Positions 15,684 through 28,545 of a stretch of DNA of 64,000 nt are shown in pieces; the first letter of the stretch is position 1; every line of letters begins with the position of its first letter. The notes beneath the pieces were generated by a model. That model had not been told where the DNA came from, did no database searches, and was given only the letters and a program-made list of their open reading frames with translations. The position numbers and the translations under genes are program-made. Source of the DNA: Neocallimastix sp. 'constans'. Its lineage: Eukaryota. The stretch spans positions 1,116,001 to 1,180,000 of the forward strand of contig JBODTK010000015.1 in assembly GCA_050613775.1 (NCBI GenBank), written 5' to 3'.

Positions 15684-16741
15684 CATTGCTACGAGAAAAA
15701 TAAAAATTTTAAACTTTTTTTTTTTAAAAAAAAAAATTTTTTTAAAACAAATAATATTTTAAAATAATAATTTATTATTTATACATGCATCGTATTGTAT
15801 TTATATAACTCTATATTTTTGAATTACTATTTAAATAATAAAATTCATTTCGTTTCTTTTTCTTTTTTTTTTATTTAATTTCTTTTTCTTCTTCTTTTTT
15901 TTTTTTTTCTTAAATTACTAATACTTAATTTTATTTTTTTTTTGGCATTGTGTTATTTTTTTTATCTTTGTTTATATAACATATAAATAAAATTAATTAT
16001 AAAAAAAAAAAAAAAAAAAAAGAGAGAAGACATCAAAAAACAAAATAAAAAAAAAAAGGTAGACTTAAAAAAAAAAAAAAAAAATAACTAAAAATTAAAA
16101 ATTTATATATATATATATATGATAAATATATTTTACTTAAACAGTCTTATGTATATTATTAATAATTTTTAAATAAATATTTTTAAATAATATCAATACT
16201 AATCAACTTTTCTTTATAATAATTTATAATATTTTTAATAATTATATATATAATTTATATATATTTAATTTTACAACGATAAAAAATAATAAAAAAAAAA
16301 AATTAATTGTAAAAATACTTCTCATGATATCAATAAAATATTCCTTACAAATAATATATATATAATAAATAATACTGTTTAATATTGATTATACAAATGA
16401 AATAATGATGTTATTATGTTGATTATTACTGATGACAAAAAAAAAAAAAAAAATAAAATAAATAAAATAAACTCTTAATTCAATAATATATTTTTAATAA
16501 TATAATCATAATAATAATAATAATAATAATATAATAATAATAATAATAATAATATTAATATTATTATTATTAACAAAAAATATAATTACAATAAATTCAA
16601 ATTCAAAACTATTAAAAAAATTATAAAAAAGAGAATAAAAAAAGCATAAATTCATATAAAAATAATATAATATAAAAGGTCAAAAGTAAAAAAAAAAAAA
16701 AAAAAAAGAAACAATAAAAAAAAAAAAATAAAAAAATAAAA

Positions 16742-18013
16742 ATGAAGATTACTACAATTCTTGGTATTGCTCTTTCCTTAATTACTTCCACTGTTCTTGC
16801 AGACCCTGAATGCGGTTCAGGCGTTGGTTCCTGTCCAGAAGGTGAATGTTGTTCTCAGTACGGTTATTGTGGTACCACTAGTGAATATTGTGAAAATACA
16901 TTAGGTTGTCAATCCAAATACGGTTCCTGTTATGCTTCCACTGCCAAAGGTAAATGTGGTTATGGTATTGGTAGATGTCCTAAACCCTACCATTGCTGTT
17001 CCAAGAGTGGCTACTGTGGTGAAGGAGATAGTTACTGTGGAGAGGGATGTCAAAGTGCCTACGGTCTCTGTGGTGATGAACAAATGGAAGTAGAAGAAGA
17101 AGTTGAATGGGTAACAGAAGTGGTTACCGAATATGTTTATGTTTATGTTGAGGAAGAAACCGATTCCAGAGAATGTGGTGCCGACAAGAATATGAAATGT
17201 GAAAGTGGCAAATGTTGTTCTAAATATGGTTATTGTGGTACCACCGAAGCCTACTGTTCTCTTAGTAAAGGTTGTCAATCCAAATATGGAGAATGTGATG
17301 TGGATACCTCTGCAGCTAATGTAGCTTCCGTAGATGAAGAAGATAAAAAAGAATGTGGACAATTTATTGGTAGTTGTATTAATGGAGAATGTTGTAACAG
17401 TGAAGGACATTGTGGTATCTCTGATGAATTTTGTGAAATAGAAAAAGGATGTCAAGAAGACTACGGTGTCTGTAACAGTCAGTCCAAAAATGGAAAATGT
17501 GGAGATGATTTCGGTAGATGTCCAAAAAAAGGTCACTGTTGTTCCGTATCTGGATACTGTGGTGACACCGATGAATACTGTTCCAGGAAGCAAGGCTGCC
17601 AACCAGAATACGGTCTCTGTGTCTTTGATGAAGAGGTAGAAGAAGATGTTTACGAAGAAGAAACCACCGAAGAACCCGATAACGTAATTGCTACCACTGC
17701 TGAACCAGAATGTGGAAAAGGTATTGGTAAATGTCCAAATGGTGGCTGTTGTTCTGCTGAAGGTTTATGTGGTACCACTTCTTCATTCTGTAATGTTAAG
17801 AATGGCTGTCAAAAAGATTATGGTGTATGTAGTAGTGAATCTGAAATTGGAAGATGTGGTGAAGGTTTTGGTAAATGTCCAGTAGCTGAACAATGTTGTT
17901 CAGTTGAAGGTTACTGTGGTACCACCGAACACTACTGTTGGCCATCTAATGGTTGTCAAGAACTCTATGGTAAATGTGATCCAAATGTCGTCGATGATTT
18001 TAATTTAGAATAA
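16742..18013 (+). CDS. Secreted chitin-binding protein with 7 CBM18 (hevein) domains and acidic linkers, 423 aa
   Basis: Signal peptide; seven CG..C..CC(S/N)xxGxCG..C..GCQxxYGxC units; no catalytic domain visible; intronless. Confidence 0.95.
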   Translation: MKITTILGIALSLITSTVLADPECGSGVGSCPEGECCSQYGYCGTTSEYCENTLGCQSKYGSCYASTAKGKCGYGIGRCPKPYHCCSKSGYCGEGDSYCGEGCQSAYGLCGDEQMEVEEEVEWVTEVVTEYVYVYVEEETDSRECGADKNMKCESGKCCSKYGYCGTTEAYCSLSKGCQSKYGECDVDTSAANVASVDEEDKKECGQFIGSCINGECCNSEGHCGISDEFCEIEKGCQEDYGVCNSQSKNGKCGDDFGRCPKKGHCCSVSGYCGDTDEYCSRKQGCQPEYGLCVFDEEVEEDVYEEETTEEPDNVIATTAEPECGKGIGKCPNGGCCSAEGLCGTTSSFCNVKNGCQKDYGVCSSESEIGRCGEGFGKCPVAEQCCSVEGYCGTTEHYCWPSNGCQELYGKCDPNVVDDFNLE

Positions 18014-18904
18014 GTTTTTAGTAGTTGAAATATAAAAAAAAAAAAAAAAAAAAAAATTTTAAAATTGATTTATTTTTTTTTTTTTTTATTTTTTTTTTTT
18101 ATATTATATAATTTATAATACAAATTTAACTACTAACATTTCCACCTTAATTTTAGACAGTTTTTTTTCTTTTTTATGTTTTTTTTTTTTACATCACAGT
18201 TTTGACAATTTTGAAAAATAAAAAAAGAGTTAATTCTTTTTTTACTTTTTTTTTTTAATAATTATTGTTTTTTTTCTAACTAGCAAACAATTTTTGTTAT
18301 TTTTTTTTTTGTAACAAATAAATAAATATATATTAAAAAAAATTTTTTTCAATAGTGAATTATATATACATATAAAAATATATAAAAAAAAAAAAAATAA
18401 AAAAAAAAATAAAAAAAAAAATAATATAATAAAATTAAATAAGTAAATATAAATAATAATAAAAAATTAATTTATTTCAAAATTAAAAATATTCGTATGG
18501 ATAAAAAGGAGTTAACTTTTGTGTACAATGTAAAAAGTTTACTTTTTTACAGTTCATTAAATATTATATTAATTTTAATATTTAATTATTGTTAATTACT
18601 AAAAATATATATATAAATACTCTCATATTTATATATATATATGTATAAATTTAAGAATTATATAAATGTTTTTTAATTTGTATAATTATAAAGTATTAAA
18701 ATATATGTAAAGACAAAAAAGCAAAAATTTAAATAAAAAAAATAAATCTTTTAATATTTAATATTAAAAAGATGGAATGGCAATATAAAATTAAAAAGAA
18801 AGTTATTTATGTACTTTTTTTGTTATGTTAATTTTCATGTTTGTTTTATATATATATATAATTTCTTTTTTGACTTTAGAAAAAAAAAAATAATAATGAT
18901 AGTT

Positions 18905-18984
18905 ATTATTATGTATAGAATTTTTCAATTGTAAGTATAATACGATTATTATGTATAGAATTTTTCAATTGTAAGTATAATACG
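18905..18984. repeat. Perfect 40-bp tandem duplication
   Basis: ATTATTATGTATAGAATTTTTCAATTGTAAGTATAATACG occurs twice in a row. Confidence 0.9.
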
Positions 18985-20301
18985 TATAATACATTGATAC
19001 AAGTCGAAAAAAAATAAAAAAATAAATAAATAAATTCTTTATAATTTTCATTAATTCCATACATGAATTTTATTACATTTAATTTTTTTAGTTTAATTAA
19101 AATTTGTTTATGTTCAATTTTATTTTTTTATTTTACTTAATCTTTTACTTTTACATACATTTTATTTTATTTTATTTTATTTTTTCTTTTAATAATATAA
19201 TGTATTTTTTTTTTGTATTATCAAATGTAATACATAATATATTTAATAAAGTACTGGAAGTATATTCTCTTCCTGGTTTTTTTTAAAAAAAAAAAAAAAA
19301 TTACATGAATTTTTCTATTATGAATAATTTTTTTTCATTATTGAATTATTAATATTAATATTATTATTATTATTATTATAATTATTATTATTATTATAAT
19401 TATTATTATTACTGCTATAATAAAAATTATCAAAAAAATATCAAAAAATTGTTAAAAATGTGTCTAATTTTTAATATTTAAAAAAGTATAAAAATTATAT
19501 TTTAGATAGATCTCCATGTCCTGTCACTGATAATTAATAAATTATTAATATTTAATATAGACTTTAAAATTTTCAATAATTTAATGTATTATAAAAAAAA
19601 TAAATAAATAAAATAATACTAAAAAATAAGTTTAATAAATTAATCCACAGGATAATGAAAAACAATTTTTACATAAAAAATATTAAAAAGTAATAATAAT
19701 AATAATAATAATATAGAAAAAAAAAAAAAAAAAAAATAAAATTTTTTTAATTTATTCATATCCCAAATTTTTAATTTTTTCAAATAAACAAATAATCAAA
19801 ATTATATATATATATAAATTTTTATTAATATAATAGTAAAAAAGTATAATTAAAAGGGTTAAAAAAAAAACTTTAAAAAATATTATAATAAAAAATTAAA
19901 TAATCGGAATTAAAAATAATTGAATTATTTTTGTAAAAATAAAATATTATTTACTGCAAAGTTTTTAAATAAAAAAAATTTATGAATATATTGTAATAAA
20001 TATTATAAAAAAAAAATAAAGATAAATAATAAAAGAATAAAGATAAATAATAATAAAAAAAAATAAAGATAAGAAAAAAAAAATAAAATAAAAAATTAAA
20101 AAATAAAAGAAAATAAAAGAAAATAAAAAAGAATAAATATATATATATATATTATTATTAATATTAAATGAAAGAACAAAAAGAAAAAATAAAAATAAAA
20201 ATTTAATAAAAAAAAATTTTTTTTTATTCATCTATAATTATAAAAGTATACATATATTAATCAAATAGAAAATAAAAATAAAAATAAAAATAAAAAAAAA
20301 A

Positions 20302-20991
20302 ATGAATATAAAAACTTCTATTATTTTCTTATTTTTAAATATTATAACCATTCAAGGTAAAAGGAATGTAGAACCTTACGCAAATTGTGGATATGGAGTA
20401 GGAAGATGTTCAGGAAATCAATGTTGTTCAAAATATGGGTATTGTGGAAATACCGATTCTCATTGTGATCTTTCTAAAGGTTGTCAAACCGATTATGGCT
20501 TATGTTACGCAAGTGAACCAGATCGCTGTGGTGAAGGAGTAGGATTATGTAAAGAAGGTTTTTGTTGTTCAAGATATGGTTATTGTGGAAAAGAAGATAA
20601 ATATTGTAATCTAAATAAAGGATGTCAAATGGATTATGGTTTATGCTATGAAGAGGATAACGGAAATAATGATGATAATGAGAATAATAAAGAATGTGGT
20701 AAAGGATATGGTAGTTGTACAAATGATAAATGTTGTTCATCCAGTGGTAAATGTGGTACAGGCGATAGTTACTGTAATGTAAATAATGGATGTCAAATAG
20801 ATTATGGACTCTGTTATAAACCTATTGGAAATATTAGAGAAGGTTCAGGAAAATCGTGTGGAAGAAATGTTGGTAGTTGTGATTTCCCAGATTGCTGTTC
20901 TAAAAATGGTAAATGTGTTTTAGGAACAAGTGAATGTTTAGAATCCAATGGATGTCAAACAGCTTATGGTCTCTGTTTATCTAATGCTTAA
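20302..20991 (+). CDS. Secreted chitin-binding protein with 4 CBM18 domains, 229 aa
   Basis: Signal peptide; four 8-Cys hevein-type units; intronless. Confidence 0.93.
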   Translation: MNIKTSIIFLFLNIITIQGKRNVEPYANCGYGVGRCSGNQCCSKYGYCGNTDSHCDLSKGCQTDYGLCYASEPDRCGEGVGLCKEGFCCSRYGYCGKEDKYCNLNKGCQMDYGLCYEEDNGNNDDNENNKECGKGYGSCTNDKCCSSSGKCGTGDSYCNVNNGCQIDYGLCYKPIGNIREGSGKSCGRNVGSCDFPDCCSKNGKCVLGTSECLESNGCQTAYGLCLSNA

Positions 20992-22514
20992 ATTTTTTTT
21001 TTTTTTTTAAAAAAAAAAAAAATAAAAATAAAAAGGATATAAACCTATGTACATATATAGAACATAATATATGTATATAATAAATATTATTTTTTTTATT
21101 TATTTATTTATTTTTTTTTTTAATTAATACTAATATAAATAACTAATAATTATTTATTAAAAATGTATTTCATATAATACTATTTACACTTTCTACACAT
21201 ACCACCTACCTATACAACACATAAAATATACTTTTTTTTTTTTTTGTTAATCGATTTTTATATTTATGAAATTTTTTAAAATAGTACAACATTTTATCTT
21301 TTTTTTTTTTTTTCTAAAAAAATATAAATAAAAAAGAATACCTATATAAATTATAGTTAATTAACAAACATTAAAACTAAATTAATATCTATAAAACATA
21401 AATTCAATTTAATTATTACCTAAGTTAATATTATAATAACAACTAATTGATTTAAATATATATATATATATATATAAATAAATATAAAATAAAAAATAAA
21501 ATATATATATATATATAAATTAAAAAAAAAAATTAAAAAAAAAAAAAATTAAAAATAATAAAAAAAAAAAATAATTAAAAAGATAGACTTAGAAACTCCT
21601 TTTTTTTTTTTATCATATATATATTTATATATTTAAAGAGATTAATTATATTTTAAGTAGTTCCATTTAATTAAAAATGAATATCAATTATTTAATTATT
21701 TATTATTGGTTAAGTTTTTATATTATCAATCTTTTTTTTTTTATTTATTTATATTTTGTATTCTCAAACATATAAAAGAACCTACATTAAAAAAAAAAGT
21801 ATAAAAAAAAAAAAAAAAATAAAAATAAAAATAAAATAAATAATTACTGATTAATTTCATTCTTTAAAGTATGGAGAGGCTCTCTATTACATTGAAAATT
21901 AGTTAGGAACACGATTATTTAAACCCTCCTTTTCTCAATAATTTAGAAAATTCTAACTATAAATAACATTTAGATGCTCTTCTCAATCCTATACCTCAAG
22001 ATTTATTTTTTTTTACTCCAGTGATCTTTTTTCAAGTTCATTTTTCAATTTTCTTTTTTTTTAACTTATGGTAGAAATAATGAAAAAAAAAAAAGGATGG
22101 GAGTTGTATACTTCAACTCATTCTATATAAATTTATATGTATCTGTCTTCAGTGAACTATTAGTAGTAAGTTTTTTTTTTTTTTAGTTATGAATGTTCCT
22201 CCTTTTCTTTTTTTCTCTCGATTTTTTTATTTTTTTATTTTTTTATTTTTTTTTCTCTTGATTTTTAGTAATGAATGTTCCTTCTTTTCTTTTTTCTCTC
22301 GATTTTTTTTTGAATAATTATATTTTATTTTATCTTTCATGATTTCATGATAATAATAATAAAAAAAAAAAAAACTCCAGAAATTTGGGGTTTATATATT
22401 GATACTTATTTTTTTTCCCTAATCTTTCAGACAGAAACTCTTTCATATTATATAACTCTCTTATTTCAGTTAAGTGTAGATTTCTTTTTTTAGGATCAGA
22501 AGTGTTCCTTTTAT

Positions 22515-22554
<40 letters not shown>

Positions 22555-25281
22555 TGTTTTCTCACAAAAAAAAAAGCATGAAGAAAGATTTTCTTGGCGT
22601 TTTTTTTTTTTTTGAACTTGAAAAAAAAAAAAAAAAAAAAGATGGAATAATTTTCACAACTGCTATTCGAGTTGGTGGGTTTTATTATGACATTTTGATA
22701 AACTCTCTGAATACATTAACAAGTATTTCCCCTGATTGAACTGTTGTTAACCTGACTGGTAATATACTTTCATTCATGTATAAAAAAAAAAAAAAGAAAG
22801 GTCACAAATCTTGTATTGATCATAAAAATTTATAATAAAACAATGACTTCCCATTTTAACATTAAATAGGCTTGTTCTTTTTTTTTACATGATGTTTTTA
22901 GGTCATATTTGCAACACTAAATTAGAAATATTATTCTATTTATGAAGAACTAAATGTCATTTGGAATAAATAAAAATGTGCAATTATAGTCATATTAAAT
23001 CTCTTAAGCTTTGTTCAATATCATTATTTTCTTTCTTTTTTTTTTCTTTCTTTCTTTATATTGTTAGTGTCTCTTTCTAGCTTTACAAAAACTAGATACT
23101 TGTGAAAATATAAAAAAAAAAAGAAAAATTAAATTCTAATAAGATAAAATTTTTATTAAATATATTTCCGTTATGGATAAAAATTTTTGGGTTAAATATT
23201 CTCCTATACTTTATAAAAAAAAAAAAAAAAAAAAACAAAGAAAAATTTTTTAGTTACGTTATTGAAGTATATTGATCTGATACTAATGTCTAAAATGGGT
23301 TATTGAAGGAACTAATTATGATAAATTTAAGGTAAAATTCATTCACTCTGGAAACTTATTCAATCATAAATATTAAAAATTAATAATATATTAATACATA
23401 CCATAAGGGGAAAATAAAAATTATTAATACAATAATTAAAAATAAATATTATTAAAAATAATAATAAAAATAAATAGCTGTAAAATGTACTAATCTTGGT
23501 TCAGAATTTTATTGGATTTTACATTTTAAGATGTGGATAGATTAAGTATAACACCACTACCACTACTATTACTATTAGAAGTGCATAGAGTTAAAAGAAA
23601 ATTGTTAAAAAATATTTTCCATGATGCAGTAAAAGTGATCAATCACTTTATTTATTGGATAGTTGAATTTTGTCCATAGTTAATCATTAGAAATTATTAG
23701 ATAATAAATATTTAATAATATATTATATGTTTATTTTATCAATGTCATTTTTTATTTTATTTGATTTAAACTCTACTTTATAATTATATTTCTACTATTT
23801 ATTTTATTTTACTTTATTTTATTTGAAATTTAAAAAAAAAATAATAAGAAAATTTATCTTTAATTAATTCTTTTTTTTTTTTTTTTTTTTTTTTTCATAA
23901 TAAAGAAAAAAAATAATAAGTCATTCCAAAAAAAATAATTAATGAATGATAAAATGTATATATATATATATATATATGGTTCGCCTCATAATTCCATATT
24001 TATAATTTTTTTAAAAGTTTCTTTTTATTTTTCATTAAATTTAATGTATAATAAAGGAATATTTAATAAAATGAAATGAAATAAACATCTTATTTAAAAT
24101 CAAAAAAATTTAAATAATAAAAGGATTATGAAAGATTAATGAAAGATTAGCATTAGAAAATTAATTAAAAATAAATAAATAAAAAAAAAGTTAAACTTAT
24201 TTTTATTTTTTTTTTTTTTATGAAAATATGAGAAATGTTAAAATGTAAGGGGAAGGAAATGTTAAGTAGTTTAGAGTGATAGAGTTAAATATATACGTCA
24301 TTCTATAACAAGACTACATTAAATAGATATAATTGATATATATATATTTAATAATTTTATAGGATTAACATCGATTTAATACTAATAATATTAAAATATG
24401 TCATAGAATAGTAACATATAAATATCATATAAATATTGTAAATATATTTATCTTTAATATAAAACAAGTCTTTCTTATAATAAAAGCCACACAATTAATA
24501 AATAATTATAGAAATAAGATGAAATAAAAATATATATTTGATAATATTTAATTTCCTATTCTATTTATTAAAAAATTTTATTTGATAAATTTAATTTTAT
24601 TTTGTAAATATACTTCAATAGAAAAAAAATTTTTTTTTTATTTACAATAAATTGAAAATTTTATTATAAAAGATATAGGTAAGTTTATAAATAAGTCTAT
24701 CTATGCTTAATCAAAATAATTTTATAAAAACATATAAAGTGTATCAATTAAAATGAATGTTATAATAAAATATAACTTTATATGCATCACTATATATATA
24801 TCTTTTTTAAAAAAAAAAATTAAATGGCAAGTACATATTACAATATTTTAATTTAAATGATTAAATGATAAAGCTTAAAATGTCTTAATAAGTAATTGAT
24901 ATATATATATATTTAAATTATTATGTTAATTATATTTTTATTAATCATTCTTTAAACTTTAATGTAAATGTAATAATTACTTTTATTATTAATATTAATA
25001 TTAATCTTAGTATTAATATTCAATATTAAATAAATATCTATTGCAACTATCTCTTTTATCATTTCATATATTTATTATTTCAAAAAAAAGAAAAAATAAA
25101 AACAAATTAAAATAAAAAAATAAAAAATAAAAACTAATTATAAAAAAATTAAATAGATTTGAAAAATTTTTAATTAAAAAAAAAAAAAAAAAAAAAGAAA
25201 AACGGCCTATTTTAATAAAAAAAAAAAAAAACGGCCATTTTTAATATATATATATATTTAATTAATTAAAAACATAATTAA

Positions 25282-25332
<51 letters not shown>

Positions 25333-26439
25333 AATATTAATTATAATTATTATGATGAATGATAATTTTATTATTAAAATTTTAAATATTATAAATTATT
25401 TATTATAATTATAATTAATATTTTTTTTTTTTACACTTTTAACATATAAACCCATAATTTATATTAATAATATAATAATATAATATTGTTAACTATTATG
25501 AAAGAAAAAAAAAAAAAAAGGAAAAGTCAATGATTTAAAAATTTATTGAATATTAAACTCTCATTATATTCATATTTTAATATTTTTTTTAGTTTTCTTC
25601 TTGGTTCATTTTAGGATGTTTTTATTTATTTATTTATTTATTATTTCTTATTATAATAAAAAAATTTATATTTAATTTAAATCCTATTTTTTTTTTATTA
25701 AAAAAAAAAGGAAAAATTCAAATATACTAATACTTTAGTTTTTAATTTTTTTTCCTTTTTTTTTTTTCACTTTTAATTAATTATTTAATTAATATAAAAC
25801 ACTTTATTATCTCCTTTTTTATTTATTTTTTTATGTATTTATTTATTAATATCTTTTAATTTTATTTTATTTTATTTATTTATTAATATCTTTTAATTTT
25901 ATTTTATTTTATTTATTTATTTATTTATTTTTTTACTTTATTATTACAAATCATTATTCCTTCTAAAAATTTGGTAAATTTTAAACAATTTAGAAATTTT
26001 ATTAATTTAATGCAAAAATTAAATAAATCTATTTTTTTTTGATAATAATATCATAATAATAATAATAATAATAGCATCAAAATATTTATATCTTTTTTTT
26101 ATCATAATATTATTATCATTATTATTATTATTATTATTGAAACATTTATATTTTTGCATCATAATATTTTAATTTATAAATTGTAAAAATAATTATATCA
26201 TTTTTTATTAACAATTATTAATGATTAGCTAAATTAATATTTAATTTAATAATTTTTATATTATTTTGAATCCATTAAAATTTAAAGTTTTCTTCAATCT
26301 AATTGCTATTATTAATCATTTCTTTTTTTTTTTTTTGTTTCTTTTTCTTTTTGCTTTTGTTTTTGTTTTATTTTCTTTTTATTCAAATAATAATAATAAT
26401 AATAAATAATAAATAATAAATAATAAATAATAAATAATA

Positions 26440-26518
<79 letters not shown>

Positions 26519-27081
26519 GAATGTATATGCTAATAAAATAATAAAGTGGCATTGGATTACCTCTGTTTTATTATATTTTATTTTTATTATAATAAAAATA
26601 AAATTTAAAGATAAAAAATTATAAAATAAAATATTAAAGATTAAAAAATAAAATATTATAATAAATCATTAAATATAAGAAATATTCATATCAAAATATA
26701 TAAAAGGTTGACTTATTCAAATTATTCCTTTATATACATATATATATATATATATATTTACCTTTTTAATCCTAAAAAAAAAATAAAATAATTTAAAATA
26801 AGGAGTAAAAGTTCCTCCTCTTTAGCCATTCTACCTATAATGATGTTTTTTTTTATCTAGTGATGTCTGATATCTGGAATGAATATTCAAAATAAAAAAT
26901 TTTTTTTTTTTAATGTATCCATTATTACATGTTTTTTTTTTACAGTAACCTACGCTATAATTATTTTTTTTATAATTATTAAAGTTTGTAATTACAAAAA
27001 TTACCAAAAATGGATAAATTTAATATTAATAAATTTTATTTTAAATTTTAATTTTTTAAAGTTACATGTGACGTGACATTT

Positions 27082-27122
<41 letters not shown>

Positions 27123-27690
27123 ATTTCAAATGTATAAAATGATTTCTTTAATTTGACTCTTTATGGAATGGTTTATATAAACAAATATAAACTTAGTTAT
27201 TAATAATAATGATTTATAATAATAATTTATAATAATAATTTATAATAATTATTTTAATTATTAAATAATTATTTATACAAATAATTTTAATTTTATTACC
27301 ATTTGTTGGCAGTAATATAATTTTTATATAATAATATAAAATATGTTGTTAGAATCACAATTATATATTTTTATTTTATATGTTAGGTTTAGATTGGACA
27401 TCATCATGAATGTTATATCACCCTTCAACTTTATTAATGTCATTTATATCATTTGTATCGTAATGTAAATTTTAAAAATATTAATTTTTACAAATGTAAT
27501 GGATAAAAAGTTTTTAAAGTATTAATAAAAGAAAAGAAAAGAAAAGAAACAAATAATAATAATAATAATAATAATATAATAATTATAATAATAATAATAA
27601 TAAAAAGATTATAAATAATTAAACAAATTAAACTAAAATTAAAAAAAAAAGAAAATATTTTTAGTAATAAAAAAATATAAAAAATAGAAC

Positions 27691-27739
<49 letters not shown>

Positions 27740-28501
27740 ATTAGACCTATTATTTATTTGATTTATTAGTCATAAATTAATAAATAATAATCAGTTTTTA
27801 TTTTATTTTATTATTTTTTTTTAAATCTTTGCATTTGTGCAATATTTTTATTAAAATATAATTGTTTCTTGTAAAAAAAAAAAATTATTTAATATATAAA
27901 AAATAAAATAAATAAATAAATAAAATATAAAAAAATAATAATAATAATAATAATATGATTATATATTTGATATATCCATACTTTTGGCGATACTTATTGT
28001 ATTATTAATAAAAATATTTTCAATAAAACACTATAAAATATATAAAAGATAAAAGGTATTTTTAAAAAGTGATTATATATATATAATGTAAAATTTTTTA
28101 TTTTTTAATCTTATAAAGTAAGTAAATATTAATCATGATATAATAAGGAATAATTATTGAAATAATTGTTGTTTACTCTTCTTATATATATTACATGTTT
28201 CAAATATATAAAAGAGGAAAAAAATATATATTAAAATAATGAAATAAACAATAAAATAAAATAAAAAAAGGGTTTAATGCCATTGAATGACTTTTCATCA
28301 TTTCTTATGACCCAAAGAAAAAAAAAATAAGAAAAAATAAAAAAAATAAGAAAAAAAAATAAAGTATTTTTAATTAATTATTTATTTATTTATTATCTTT
28401 GTCATCAAACTTTATTTTATAGATAAAAAATAAAATAAAGAGAAAAAAAATTATTATGTATAAAACTATAATCTATAATATTTCTTATTTTATTATATTT
28501 T

Positions 28502-28545
<44 letters not shown>

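Noticed and set aside
16901..17602. 233-aa antisense ORF
   Set aside because: Shadow of the CBM18 gene's codon bias.
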